Below, in pieces: positions 39,890-54,900 of a stretch of 64,000 bases of DNA. Source of the stretch: Chrysomallon squamiferum (taxonomy: Eukaryota; Animalia; Mollusca); NCBI GenBank assembly GCA_012295275.1, contig CM022665.1, forward strand, positions 43,772,001-43,836,000. The letters run 5' to 3'. The translations under genes were made by a program, and so were the position numbers. The notes under the pieces are model-generated. The model was not told where the DNA came from. It saw only the letters and a list, made by a program, of their open reading frames with translations, and did no database searches. Numbering within the stretch: position 1 is the stretch's first letter; every line of letters starts with the position of its first letter.

Positions 39890-40495
39890 TCATCTTTTTC
39901 TTTGCTTTTTGTAAATAAAATTAAACACTATAACAACAATTAAAAAAGAAAATTAGCTACAGAAAACTGCCCCCCCTCTTTCTCACACTAATGTGGGGTC
40001 TCCTTGAACTTCTAGCAGATGCTTAGAATAAATATTTCTTTGAGATCAAATAGACTGCTGGATCATTACATTTTGCCCGGAGTTATGTTTCCTTGTTACC
40101 ACCTGGCAACCATAGTTAGCTGTACAGGGGCCATGGGGGGAGGAGTGTCAACTGTAAACATCAATAAACCTGAGACAGGGACCACTCCCTGCTGTGTTGG
40201 TATAATTAGCTCCAAAGATTGTAAAACAGCGGCAGATAAGGAAGAGTTGAAATGTATATTCATATAAACCAAGGGGAGATAAGACAACATCGGCGGCGAG
40301 TAAAATGAAATAAACCGAGAGAGCAAGCGCGATCTTTGATAAAGGTGGATTGTAAATTTATACTGGAACAGATTTATGTGCAAGACTTGGCGGTAAACGC
40401 AGGTGATTTACATTAAGGAATTCGTTTAGGTTTTTATTACCTGTGAACTCTGTTGCAATTATTTGTAATTTTCAGTTAACTTAATAAACTTAAAA

Positions 40496-40526
<31 letters not shown>

Positions 40527-42062
40527 AAAAACCAAAAAAAAAAAAAAAAAATAAAAAAAAATAAAAAAAAAAAAAAAGAAACACAAAAAGATAAATAAAA
40601 ATAAAAATAAAAAATAAAAATGACGAGAGATTAAGTATGTTAAAATACATATTCAACCCATCTTAAATCTACAAAAATTCATATAATTGAAAGAATGGAA
40701 TGTGCAACACAACAGAGGTATGTATTAACCATCAAAGATGTATTCAGAATGTCAGAAATATAATGGATGATGTTAGAGTCAATTTACTGAACTTTCAAAA
40801 CAAATACTTACGTTTTTATTATTTATTTATTTGTTCATAAAATTCTGGTCTTAAAAGATCAAAATTTTATTAAAAAGAATTTTTATTTTTTATTTTAAAA
40901 AGTAAAGTCATAAATCATAAATTTGAAACAAAAACATAACTGGTTAGAAAAATTAATCCATTTAAAAAAAAAGGAACAAAACCTAATTGACTCTATAATA
41001 TTCCACACTTCAATATAGATAAGAAAACTATCAGTTAAAACTCTTTTTTTCCCCTTGAAAAAATGGCTGACAATTGCTCAACATCCATTCCTTATCTTTT
41101 ATACAGAAGTCTTCATCCTCACTTCAATCAACACAACTGTCTGGTTATAAATGAATCAGACTGGTGCTAGACTAGATTGGGGGAACACCGCCGTCTGCTT
41201 GCCTGGGATTCCGTCTGCCCCACTAGGTGGCAGCACTGACACAGAATGACTCACCTGTTTCAGGTAAGTGTATACAGCACACAGAGCAGCTCCAGAGAAT
41301 GCGATGATGGATGACTGTACTTCGGATCTGTTAACCAACAGGAAAAAAAAAACATAAAAACATTTAAAGTAACTACACAGCCAACACCAGACAGCTATGT
41401 TAAATGCCAAAAACAATGGAAGAATTTGGAGGGGTAATTTCCTCCATTTCTTTTTGTTCTTTTGTTCTTTTTTTTTAAAACTATTATTATATATTTATTT
41501 TTTTTGTGTGTTTATATATATATAATATATGGCAGTTTAATGAACATGTTTTCTTTTTATGAATTGTAAAAGTTTTTACCGCATTTTTTCATATTTCTAT
41601 TTTTGTTATTATATTTTTGGCATTTGCCAGTATAATGGGAGGGGTTCAATCTTTTTTTTTTTTTTTTTTTTTTTTATGTATGAGGTTATTGAATCATCTC
41701 GTGCAAACAATGAAAGAATGTGACAAAGGTGTCAGATTTAATTTTATTTATCATTTACTTTGTAAAATTACCTTTAGATGCATTTTGTTAATATATATTT
41801 CAAACACAAAATGAATTAATAACTCTTCTGGCAGTTAAGTAAGAATGATATAATTTTTGTAATAGAAATACATTAACAATGTGTTAGAAGTGGTCTTTTT
41901 TTTTTTTTTTTTTTGTACACAACATTCTCTGAAATAATTAAACTTATAAAAATAAAACAAAAATAAATATTCCTTGGCATCCATTATTCCTTACATCCAT
42001 CTGTCCATCTATCCATCCAACCAACCAACCATATCGTTATGCACATAAACAGACACAACAGA

Positions 42063-42093
<31 letters not shown>

Positions 42094-42228
42094 TTTCTTT
42101 AGGTTTTTTTCAAATACTCAAACAAATAATAACTATGACAATGATATTACTGTTGCTGTTCCTACTACTGCCAATAATAATAATAATAAACTAACATATT
42201 GTTAAAATAAGAAAAACTCAGGTATTTA

Positions 42229-42259
<31 letters not shown>

Positions 42260-42443
42260 CAAAACCTCATGTTGTTAAAAAAAAATTACAATAAAATATA
42301 TAATAATAATAATAAGAAGAAGAAGAAGAAGAAGAAGAAGTAGTAGTAGTAGTGGTAGTAATTACAGAAAAGTGTAATAATAATAATAATAATAATAATA
42401 AAAGAAGAAGTAGTAGTAGTAGTGGTAGTAATTATAGAGCAGT

Positions 42444-42479
<36 letters not shown>

Positions 42480-45400
42480 GCAGTAGAAGTTGTCATAGTA
42501 GTGGTGGTAGTAGTAGTAATAACAACATTAAACAACAACAATAACAAGAACTCATGTACGTCTTTGACAAAGGGTGTCTTTAAAATGTCTCTAACACTTT
42601 CCCCACTGTGGTGTGTCTGCAGATCACAAATACCAAATGAAACATTACACTAAAGACCAGGAAGAGAGCTGGAAGAACCGGACTCTCCCCTAAAGCAACT
42701 CCACAGCCAAGCATGGAAACTTCATTATTGTGAGTCACTGGGAGGTTAGAGTTACGGAAACATGTCAACATTGTAATGGGAAAATATGCTGAGAAATTGC
42801 AAGATTTTCACTTCTCAAAAAGAAAAAAAAAAAAGAAAAAAAAAAATGGAAAAAAGAAAAAGTGTTCCATACTGATCTTTTAGCCAGGCGTTTTGTTTTA
42901 TTAATGATTTACTGGCTGCTGGGCAGTTTTAGTTTTCAAAAAAACAAATGTATGTATTTTATCTTCTAATTGAAATGGAGATAATCTATTCGCCATTCAC
43001 AACAATACCGCTAACCAATAATGAAAGAATGTTGTTTTGCCCCGACAATATGAAAAAAAAAAAAAAAAGTTTTAGGAAATGTTGAGTATGGTATTTAACT
43101 TCATCTGACAGTTTTGCGATTACCAGAATTCATATCTGTTTGTTGATTACTACCAGAGTTTGTTTACATAGCTTGTAGTTTGTATCTTGTGTATATAACA
43201 ACTGATGGAAAACGACAAGATGTGTTTTAGAATGTATTAAGAGAAATATCCTTTTCTATATAACAACTGATGGAAAATGACAAGATGTGTTTTAGAATGT
43301 ATTAAGAGAAATATCCTTTCTTATATAACAACAGGAACTGATTTTACATTAAAGATAAAGATTAAAAAGTGGATGATGGTAATATAAGTGAAAAATATTA
43401 TGAAATTAATATAAATATATATAAATATATATAAAATAAAAAAAAATGTAAATATAATAAAATTAAATTAAATTCTAAAAAAAAAAAATATAATAAAAAA
43501 AATGAAATAAAAATACAAAGTAATAAAAAGTAAAGGAAAAAATAGGAAAAATATAAAAATTAAAATACAAATTAAAAGTACAAAACAAATTTTAAATATT
43601 TAAAATAAAATATAGGAAAAAAAAAAATTAAACCAAAGACATAAAAAAATAAAAAAAAATAAAAATTAATTTCAGTGATTTTAATTTAAATTAGACTTAA
43701 TTTAATTTAATTACTGTTATTTTTCAGCATTTTAATATATTTATTTTCTTTCCAATACAAAGCATTATAATTTTAAAGACAAGTTTATTTCAACATAACA
43801 AGAACAAACAATCATAAAATTATTAACATATAAATAAATAAATCAATGAAAATGAAAAAGAAAAACACAAAAGAAAAACAAAAAATCCCCTAACAAATTC
43901 CTGACATGTCAAAGAAATTGTTTTTCTTTTCTCTCTGTTAGTTAGTAAGGAATATCTTGTATTTCTGTATGACATTAACCAATAAATCATCCACCAGCTT
44001 GATTTAATTTACATCACAGAGATATTTTTAATTATATTTTGGCATTATGAAAAATTAGTTTAATAATGAACTTCTAGTCAAACAAAACAAAGAAAAAACA
44101 ATATTTAAAAAAAAAAATAAAAAAAATAATTTTTGAAATAAATAAAATCTTAAATGAAAGATATTTTGAAAACTAGATATTTTCATCTCGTCAGAAAAAT
44201 AACATAATTTCTTCAAGTCTGACAGTAAAAAAAATGTTTAAAACAACAAGCATTAGAATGTGTTAATTCCATAATGTGATAATTACATGTGAAGAAGAAG
44301 ATGGGGGGGAAGAAGAAGAAGAGAAGAAGAGATAATTTCTTAACAGATTTTATATGTTTGAAACTTAATTCTTTACTGGAGGGTAACCTTTCATTAAGAA
44401 GTTGTTAAACAAACACACATGCAATGCTGTAATGGGTTTAATCTGTGTATAATACAAAATGCTACCCAACACATGGCAGTCTTTACAGACAATTATAGGT
44501 TTTTCTCTGTTTTCAAAACAAATGTATAAGTTTTCATCAATAATTGCAAGAATTATAATCTGTTAAACATTTTCCACAGCAGGGTCTCCAATACCTCTCT
44601 CCATAGACCGGGTAACGCAATCTGCTACTTCATTGATAATTAGTTTAATTAGCACGGCTGTCTCAAGCCAGTGGATCAAACGTAGTGATCTCCCCTGACA
44701 GCATGGTGCATTCTGGGAAGGGAAAGGTAAACACGCGCTGGTGGGTGAATGCTAGGCACCCTGTGTGTTTGTTTTCTCACAGCTAACCAAGCATATTTCT
44801 CCATCAACATCATTGTTTGTTTTCTAAGATTTAGGGAAGCATTTTTCAGATTTTCCCACATACTGAATTTCAGGAAAACCATTTTAAAGAGGAATTTTTT
44901 TTTTAAAAAAATTTTCTTATACAAAAACATATATGAAAAAAAAAAAAAAAAAAAAAAGTGAAAAAAAAAAAAAAGGAGAAAAAAAATGTCTGTATGTCAT
45001 TTAAAAAAATATTTTTATTACCATATTTTTTTTTTTTTTTTTTTTTTTTTTTACCTCTGATTAACATTCAGGAAACAAGCTGAAGCCCAATGGTTAGCAC
45101 ATTTGCTTAACAAAAAAATCATCATCTTTTTTGATACAGCTATTTTCTCAGTGGTCAGTCATTATTTGTCTTTATGGAATACATTTGTGTAAGAATAATC
45201 CAATGGAATGCTCTCTCATTATTTCCTCTGTTACAACATGATTATTTGGAAATATGTAACTTGTATTAAAAAGTGAGGTTGTCAAATAAGTATTTCCTCT
45301 AGCTCTGCATGACTTTACCAAAAATTATAATGAATATTAAAATGCCAAAATGTCAAAATGTGCCAGCATTGTCACATAATTATTTATTCATATTGTATAA

Positions 45401-46642
45401 TGAAACCATTATATTTTTATCTTTTCTAGTTTTGTTTCTTTTCATCAGTTATTTCTGCTTATAAAACAAAACATTTAAAAATATTTATTACTGTTTTACT
45501 TATACTTGTATTGTTTTCTTAATACACTTTAAATCTTAATTTTGACATTATAACAAATTCAAAGTTCACAGATTTTTAAAGATTTTATTTCATTTCAAAG
45601 AATTTCTCAGTAAATAAATGATGATTGTTTTTCATTAAGTGAATTATACAGACAACTAAAGTACATTCCTTTATTTTATCTTTTTAATTTAATTTTTTTT
45701 TTTTTTTTTTTTTTTTTTAAAGGTCTCTTATGTAATGCATAATCCATTTTCAAAGCACCCAAGTTATTATTTCCCTGACTCAAATATTTTTCTCAACTCT
45801 CTGGAAAGCATACAGCCTGTTCTCAAGGCACTAACGATTATGTAATATTTTAATATATTTCCTGTTCCAACCAGTGACTTTTGTCTGGTTTATTAAAGAC
45901 TATTTGTGTTAACTGAAAAATCGCAAAGCCTTAACAGATTTCAACTCTCATTATTGGAACAATCTTTAATCATGTGACTATAAATTGAAATACTTATATT
46001 GATAAGCATAAGGAAAAAAAATTATGGTGTTTTTAACTAGTCAGTTAACATATGTATATACTTCTCAAGCCAAAACACAGCAGTATTTAACTTGACAAAA
46101 CCAGATAACTACAACATTATTTAATAAGCTGAAGTCACCATGCTTTTTGTCAGTTTACATTATTGTAAAACAGGTTTTTGAAAAAGTTTCAGATTTCTTG
46201 GTTTGATTCTCGATAAAAATCAAACATAAAAAAATAACAACATTTACAAAAACGAAGAAAGGAGAATTATAAATATTTTAACAATAATTCTTAAAATCTG
46301 TCCAAACATCCATAGCTCCATGATGGGATCTGAATACAACGATTCCAAGAAAGCAGCCAAGTCTTGAATCGTGATGGAGAACTGCATTTTAACAAAATGG
46401 CCTTGTTTACATGCTTAGAAAATCAGATAAAATGTTGAGAAACCAAAGTAAGGAGAAAGATAAAAAAAAAAAAAAAAAATTAAAAACATGTTTGTGAGAT
46501 CATAACACATGAGAACCTTAGTTTTCGGTTCATTCCAAAAGAGGAATGTTATTTTCATTTCAGAAGACAGAAGTAAGAAAAGGATAAAGAAGGGAATGGT
46601 AATGACATTTTCAGTATACAACAACAACAACAACAACAACAC

Positions 46643-46694
<52 letters not shown>

Positions 46695-49147
46695 AATACA
46701 TAATATTACATTTCATTTTAGAAATAAAAATTATAAAATATGGATAAGTAATGAAAAAATTGTTTATTTTTAAAAATAAATAAATAAATAAAAAAAAAAA
46801 TAAATAAATAAATAATGTTATCAAATCAATTCAGTCACTTAAAAAAAATTAATTAGTAAGACAATAAAAAAATAAAATTATATTTTTTGACACAAAATGA
46901 AATAAAATACTTAACATATACTTATTTCAAAGCAAATAAAAAAATATTTTTGTTTAATAACATAAATAAAAGAAAAATAAATAAATACTATTTTAATAAA
47001 TAAATAAGCTAATATAATCAAAAACAAACTAAAACAGCAAAAGTGACAAAAAAAAAAAAAATAAAAGAAAAATAAGAAAGAAAAAAATGGAAAAAAACAA
47101 AACAACAACAGTTAAGTCTAACCCTTCACACTTGTTTTGTTCAGATATTACACAATGCATTTAAAACATTAAATAAACTTTTCTTCTGTTTCTAGAACAG
47201 AATAAATCAATAACCATACTTTCTAACAATGATATTTTAATATTAATATTTATTTGATGTCAGATGAAAATTTTCTATGAAGATATGAAAAAGGAAACTT
47301 GCTGCTGCCATTTCCACATAGGTTAGGTTACTCTTATCAGTAAGGATCTTTTTTGAAGTGCTTTTGTTTGACAAGAAATACCAAAGATGGAACTTGAGTT
47401 AGAATGATAAAAATAGCCCAATGAGGATTGATCACATAAAACCATCACCTCTAAAGCATGTTTTACCATAAGACTACTGCATATTCCCACAGATTTAATG
47501 ATCAATAAAAGACGATTAAAACACATTTCCATCCATTAAACGACTTCAGAAGCCAAGAAGATTATAGAACACACGCTCTCTCGTTTCAGTGGAACCTGCA
47601 GAACTATCACTCTGTTGATCTTTGTAATCAAGAAAGAATGTGTAAGGTGCACACAAACATTCACTTGTTGGCACCAAATAAACAGAATATTCCAAACAAT
47701 CTCAGAGTCATCCAGGTATAGAACTCCAGAATTCCTGCAAATCTCACCTACAGGCTTCCCACTAATTCCAGTACAATCAGTGCCAGTGTGAGTGTTGCCA
47801 AAAAAAAAATCAAGATGTCAAATATATAGTCTGCCTGGAACATATTTTATGTCCCAGGGCGATCTCTGTTTCTGGGTAGTATATCTATTTGCCCCCTGCT
47901 TGTGTGATAGATTGTATATAGTTAATAAGGAATTTTAGTCATCAACAGATAGGTGTGTTGTTTTTTTTTGGAGCTTAGGGTGCAAGGGGAATAACTCTTG
48001 TTGAGTTTCTAATTAGGTGGTTCAGGAAACTTGAGTTATTGTTCCTTGTTCAAATGAAATTTATGGGACGTTTTTTTTTTTAGTTTTAAAAAAAAAAAAA
48101 AATGTTTGGTTGTTGTTTTGAGAGAATATAAATGTTTGAGTCCAGTGATATTTTATTTTTAATTTTTAATGTAACTTTGTAAACAGTGGTGATAAAAAAA
48201 AAAATAAAAAAAATAAAATAAAGTAAAAAAAAAAAAAATTCTTTTTTTGCTTTGATATTAATGGCAGTACAGAAGATGATTTTGGGATAATTTTGTACAA
48301 AGAGAGATCCAGATTTTCTCTGTAGTGGATACAAATTTAATAGATGAAATAAACATAATTGTTAATAATAATAATAATAATAATAATAATTTTAACTTAC
48401 CTCTTTTCATTCTTCAGTCTTTTCAAAAGTAGCCTAAATATCTGAAATATTAAGAAAGAATATTACATTTTGTTAACATTAGAATTGCTTTAAATATTAA
48501 ATTTATTTTAGAGGGGAAACAAAAACATGTTTTAAAAAATATCAAAAGAAAATTTAAAATTGGTTAATATTAATGTATTATTAAAAAAAAAAAGTTAAAA
48601 AAGACAAAATGAAAACTTTAACCATTATTTTAATTATTATTTTCAAAATATTATTTTATAAAACCAAATTTATAATTTTCATTAAACTTTTTAAAATGAA
48701 TAATTTATAAACTACTGACAGTTAAATATTACAATTTTGCAGCAAGTCTTATTATATAAGGGAGGCTACTCTTACCTCCATAACATTCTTGGAGTTTATC
48801 AAACTGTGAATGCCTGGATAATTCTTTAAGGTTTCAAAAACCTGTGTTGAAAAAAAAATATATATATATTTTTTTTTTTGTTAATCATTTAACAATTTAA
48901 GTATCAACTTAAGATAAAAGAAGTGTACACAATGAAAACCAAAACTAAATTAATATCAATATTCTTATCTGTTTAAAAATGATCTTGCTTTAACTGAAAT
49001 AATTAATATAACATCTATAAAATGAAGAAAACATTATTTTATTAATTTAATGTAATTATATTCACAAGAAAAAGTTAATTGATGATGAAACAATAACAAC
49101 AATTAATTAACAAAAAAATAACAACAATAACAAAAATAATAATAAAA

Positions 49148-49195
<48 letters not shown>

Positions 49196-50914
49196 CTAGC
49201 ATTATAATATAATAATCACAAAAAAGGAAAATAAATAAACAAACAAACAAATATTAAAATAAAATATAACAACACATACATCATCCCAAAAAATATAAAA
49301 ATAAAATATTATTAATAATAATAACTTAAATAAAATATAAAATTTTTACCATTGCAATACAGCTATGATGACTTTCTCTGGACAGTGCCATTGTCAGAAG
49401 TTCTTGAAAAATCTTCTCTGACTGACAGTACCTGACAATTCTTGGATTAAAAAAACTCACTTCTGAGACCTGCTCATTTTCCTTCGCTGCATTCTGACAA
49501 AAATGATGACTCAAAATTCTTAGTGTTTCTAGTCTAACTTCATAAAATTTGGAACACAACAGACTCATAACTGAATCTTCAATCTCTCTCTGCATGGATG
49601 CACCACAAATTTCAGATGTTTCTAGGACATTTGCTGTTACAGAATGTGCTTCCTCTGGATTCAGAGATGAACCTTGAATGTCAGAAGTTTCTAGAAAATC
49701 TTTTGTTACAGACTTTTCTGTCACATTCACTGAAGATACATTCTGAATCTCAGGATTTTCCAGAACATTTTTGTCATCTCCTTCTCTTTCAGAGGAATAT
49801 TCTCTAAATATTTGAAATAAAGTTTTGTTACAGTCATCATAAATTCATGCACAAATGGCTGTGCCAAGCTGAGGGAGGTAACTCTAGCTACATTTTGTTC
49901 TTGGGATAACTCTACATGGATTGTGTTAAGAACTGTTTGAAGAAAAGATGTGTGAGGTTGTTGGTCAAGAGACAGGAGAAGGTCACAAATGTCAAGTGCT
50001 GATTTTCTTGTCATAAAACAGACATTTGATCTGAAATAAAAAAACATTACTTAGATTATCGTAATTTTGAAAACTTATGTTAACGTTTCATCTCTACAAC
50101 TACTGTGAATCATGCCATCAAAACAATAATAATAATAATTTTAAATTTTAGTTTTTTTGCCAAAACAATAATAATAATAATAATAATAGTAATAATAACA
50201 ACGACAATGACATTGATAATAAATTAATTTTGACTCTAAGCAGTAAAATTAATGTTACTGACAAAGATTTACTTTTAATTCAGTTAAATTTCTGTATTAT
50301 TAAAAAGCATTTAAAATAAATGCCATTTCCAAGAGCTAACTGTTAAAATACCTGTAGATAAGGTAAATAATGTCTTTTAACTGAGTTACTTACCTGGATA
50401 TGAGCCAGAGACATAACATCCACCTAGTGATGACAGACTGTAAAGTGTGCTTGTGCAGAAAATCATTTTTAGAGTTGTGAACCATCATCAACAGATGTTC
50501 AATCTGAGGATAAAATCAAGAAAAATATTGAAAGAAAAAAAATAAAGAAAAAGAAAATGACAAAGATTAACAACTCCTCTAATATATAAAACTCAATACT
50601 TAAATGGCACTGAATCAATAGGACAGAGTCAATAAAATATATTTTTCTGAATTCAGAATCAAAGGATTTTTAATTTTTGTCCAGTCAGTAAAACATTCAT
50701 ATAATGCTTTATTTCTATTTACTGGACGTATTCTTATATTAAATATATAAAAACTGTCTGATATTATTTGATACATGGGTGTCAGTGGGTGCCTGTGCAT
50801 GTTTATGTCTATATTTATTCTGATTTTAAATCTCTAAACTAGAATTTAAGAGGAAATAACTTATCTTTTTTAAATAAATAATAATAAATAAAAAAAAAAT
50901 AAATAAATAAATAA

Positions 50915-50962
<48 letters not shown>

Positions 50963-51930
50963 TTAAAAATTTAATTTTGTTTGTCAAATAATCCACACCT
51001 GCAATAAAATACCATGGAGACAACTCTGCTTCATTTCATTGCCTGGTGATGTGGGAAGCAGCTGCATTAACTGGATGATGACAGAAACCAGCTGATCTTT
51101 CTGAACCAATGGCTGTAAAGCTCTGGCAGCCATCATTCTTGTTTTGTACACTGGACTAGAGGCACACCTTGAAGAAAACACATTACACAGAATATACTTT
51201 AATGAACAGACAATAATAATAATAATAATAATGAATGTTCTATCTGATTTTTTTATAATTGATGTAAATTAGGTGTGAGTGTATTGCCATGTAACAGACT
51301 AATAGTTCATCCTCATTTCTAAATATAAAATTAAATAAATAAATAAATAAATAAAGTAATAAATGATTAATTAACATTATAACAGACAATAATAATAATA
51401 ATAAATATTGTATAGGATTTTTTTAATAATTAGTGGAAATTAGATTTGAGTATAATGGAACATAACAGACTAACTGTCCATTCCCATTTCTAAATAAATG
51501 AATGAATGAATGATTAATTAACATTATTTCAATATTGTTAATAAATATTAAATGTCAAATATGTTATTTATACGAATGACTTTGAAGGAGAATCTGATTT
51601 CATTAGTTACTCTTATCAGTTATTAAGTAGGATTTTTTCATTAACCACAGACATTAAATCAGTTTTTTATAAAGCAACATGTTAAATAAGTAATGACCCA
51701 TGTTTTATTGTCAGACAAAAAAACATACTTAATAATCAGTGGTATAAATGCAGACAAGCTGAGATTAGTGTCAGTGCCCTCTAGTGATGAAGGGAAAAGT
51801 CGACCAAGAACCATAAGCACTGGGTACAGACTTGGGTGCAGTTGTATGTGTTCAGAACAACTGAAAAAAATAAAAATTAATAATAATAATAACAATAACA
51901 ATTATAATAGTAGTTGTAGTAGTAATAATA

Positions 51931-51972
<42 letters not shown>

Positions 51973-54900
51973 TTCTGAATTAAGAAATAAACAAACAAAC
52001 AAAAATATTAAAATATATCTAACTTTGTAATAATAAAAACATATAACATTGAACATTGAGGATAAAAAGATTTTAAATGCTGCAATACCTATGCACACAT
52101 ATATACATACATATGCATCTATGAACACATACATATATTTAAGGTAATAATAAATGTAAATTTAGAAATGTGTATATTACTCAATATTCCGTGTAGCTTC
52201 TGTTAATTCCTGCAGCAGAAACTGGTATAAAGCAGGATATCGATGAAAAAAAGCTCTGCCTGTCTGACTAAAATAAAATTAAAATGGCTACTTGTAAGAT
52301 TCAGTACAATTAAAATGACATTTTGAAAACATAATATGCATTGTTAAAATTGCCTGTGTAATATCTAGCATTTAGTCTGCAAGACAACACATACCTGAAT
52401 CTTTCATTTATTCAGCTGATGTAATTTTTAAAACATTTTTTTTTTTTACTGCAGTACAATAAAAAGATAACCTATTTCATTACAAGGGAATTATTATTTT
52501 TATAAAGTAACAAGAGACATAATTTGCAGGAATTTATCTCTTGATCAGCTATCAGTCTAGCTGTTATAGATTGTCCACATGATATTACCCACTGATAGTT
52601 TAACAGAATGTGATAAATTATAGCTTACAAGGTTTTTTAAGCTGACGAAATATAAACATTTTGAAAGAAATAATAATATAAAGTTCTGAGATCATGCATT
52701 TTCTTTAGACCATTGCAAGCTCATATTAGTGTCAGTGCCCTTTAGTGATGGAAGGAATATACAAAAGATTCGAAAATAAAAGTGTAACTGTGTTTACACA
52801 AACATATGTAAGCTTGAACTGTTCAATTCTTGTTAAGCAATATAATCAATTATTGTATTAAAAAAAAAATCAAAGGACTTGATGTCAAAGGAAGAAGGCA
52901 GTTAGTAAAAAAAAAGAAAGAATACCAGTTTTTCTTGGAAATGGAACTTTCATCTTTACTTCTCTTCACACCAAATATTCGAGTCATCAAAGCACTCAAG
53001 AGAAGAGTGGACGAATTCCGAACCTAAAATTCAAGATTCTTAAATAATGAAGTGAAACATGAAGCAAAGTATTCTACTTATAGTGTCTTACACATTTCAT
53101 GGTAGTAGTTCAATTTTTGTGTATGAAAGGGTTATAAAAATCAAGTTCTTTTTAAGAATTCTATTGACTATAAATATATGTATTTGATGTCAAAAAAAAA
53201 ATAATAATAATAATAAAAAAAAGAAGAAGATATAAATAAATAAAGAAAATAGAACACCATTATTAACTTGGATCTGTGAATAATAATATAGCTGTATTCT
53301 GAAGTAGGTGAATGGAAAATACTTTCCAAATATAAACAAATTTTGAATCAAATGACATAAAATATTAATTGTCTTTAATTTTATCAAAGAGAAAAATAAT
53401 GAAATTTTGAAATTTTATACAATATTACTCACTGCCCAGCTGTTTGATTTGAACCCCAATATGGCAGCCATCAATCCATCTGTGATGTATGGTGACACAT
53501 CTTCACTGAGTCTAGTATCTCGGAACAGAGCTCGCAGGATGTTTAGTGAATGAACCTGTCATATTCAAACAATAAAAATCAGTCTATTGATTATTAAGTT
53601 ACTGTTTGTTTATCACAAGCTCTGATATAAGTGTCTGTAAAAAGATACATTAGAAATCCAGTAAAAATAGTCAGTAGAGAAAAAGCAATAGGTTTTGTAT
53701 TTCATTTCCAAATCTTTATTATCTTACACTTACAGATTTAAATGTTAAACATTATAATTTGTTAAATTATCTGGAAGGAATTACATATATATAGTTACTG
53801 ATATTTCCTTATATTTTGTATTCAGTAAGCATAGTTTTTGTTTTTCTTTCTTTCCCTGAAGATAAATTAAAAATAATAATTTCTAACAGCTATTTGTATT
53901 ATAATCTTATCCCAGTATAACATTTTATTGAAGTTATTACTTTTCTATCTTTCTACAAAAAAATATATATATATTTATAAAATGTGTCCAGACAATAAAA
54001 AACTAGAAACAGATACAAAATATATTCAGACTATTTGTTCTCACCTGTGCATCTGTTGTTTCTCCTGACTTCAGTGACAGAGAAAGAAAAGTTGTTATGG
54101 CCGACTTGAAACAGGTTCTTCCAGTCAGACTGGGTTCAGTTGAAACGAGAGCCTGGAAAAACATTTTAAAATGAAATAAAACATTTTTTTAAACCTGCAA
54201 AATAAACATCAGAATATTTTAAAAACCAAAGTATAAAGACATAAAGAATAATCATTTTTGGTTGTTGATGATTGTTAACTAATGTTTCAGAGTTTAGAGT
54301 TTTCATGATACATACTTTTCTGCATCTAGGAATCTAGACCAGCAGGGTTTTTGTCTATTAATATTATAGACAATCTGCTTGACACTGAAATACTTTTTCT
54401 AATTAGAATGTATATAGCAATGAGGTATTTTATTTTTTAACAATAATTTCTTGTACTGTTAAAAAGATCAGGAGAAGACTAAATACTGATTTTACTGTTT
54501 TTCAGGATATTATTATATAGCACTGATGAAGAAATCTTATTTTAAAAAACACCTGAACATAAAAGGGAACTCCTGCACTACGTCTGGTAGCACACAGATT
54601 AGAGTTGTTTCCCTTGATGTCCGACATTATTGCAGCGAGCCATTGGCTTGGAAGTTGATGAAGATCTTTTACAGAACTTCTGCAAGAGAAATTAGAAAAA
54701 ATAATATGAAAAAATATATTTTAATACTGTCAGTTTTATATTACCTGAAAAAAAAAATAAATAAATAAAAAATAAAAATAAATAAAGGATAAAAATAAAA
54801 AATAAAATAAATAATAAAATTTCTAGTCCTTACAGATATTCTGCTTCAAATTAATAATTTCTATTTTGGTAAACATTCTGGCCTATTAATATTTCCATAA

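Noticed and set aside
49760-49780. Programmed -1 ribosomal frameshift in THADA
   Set aside because: No X XXY YYZ slippery heptamer. A homopolymer indel explains it more simply.
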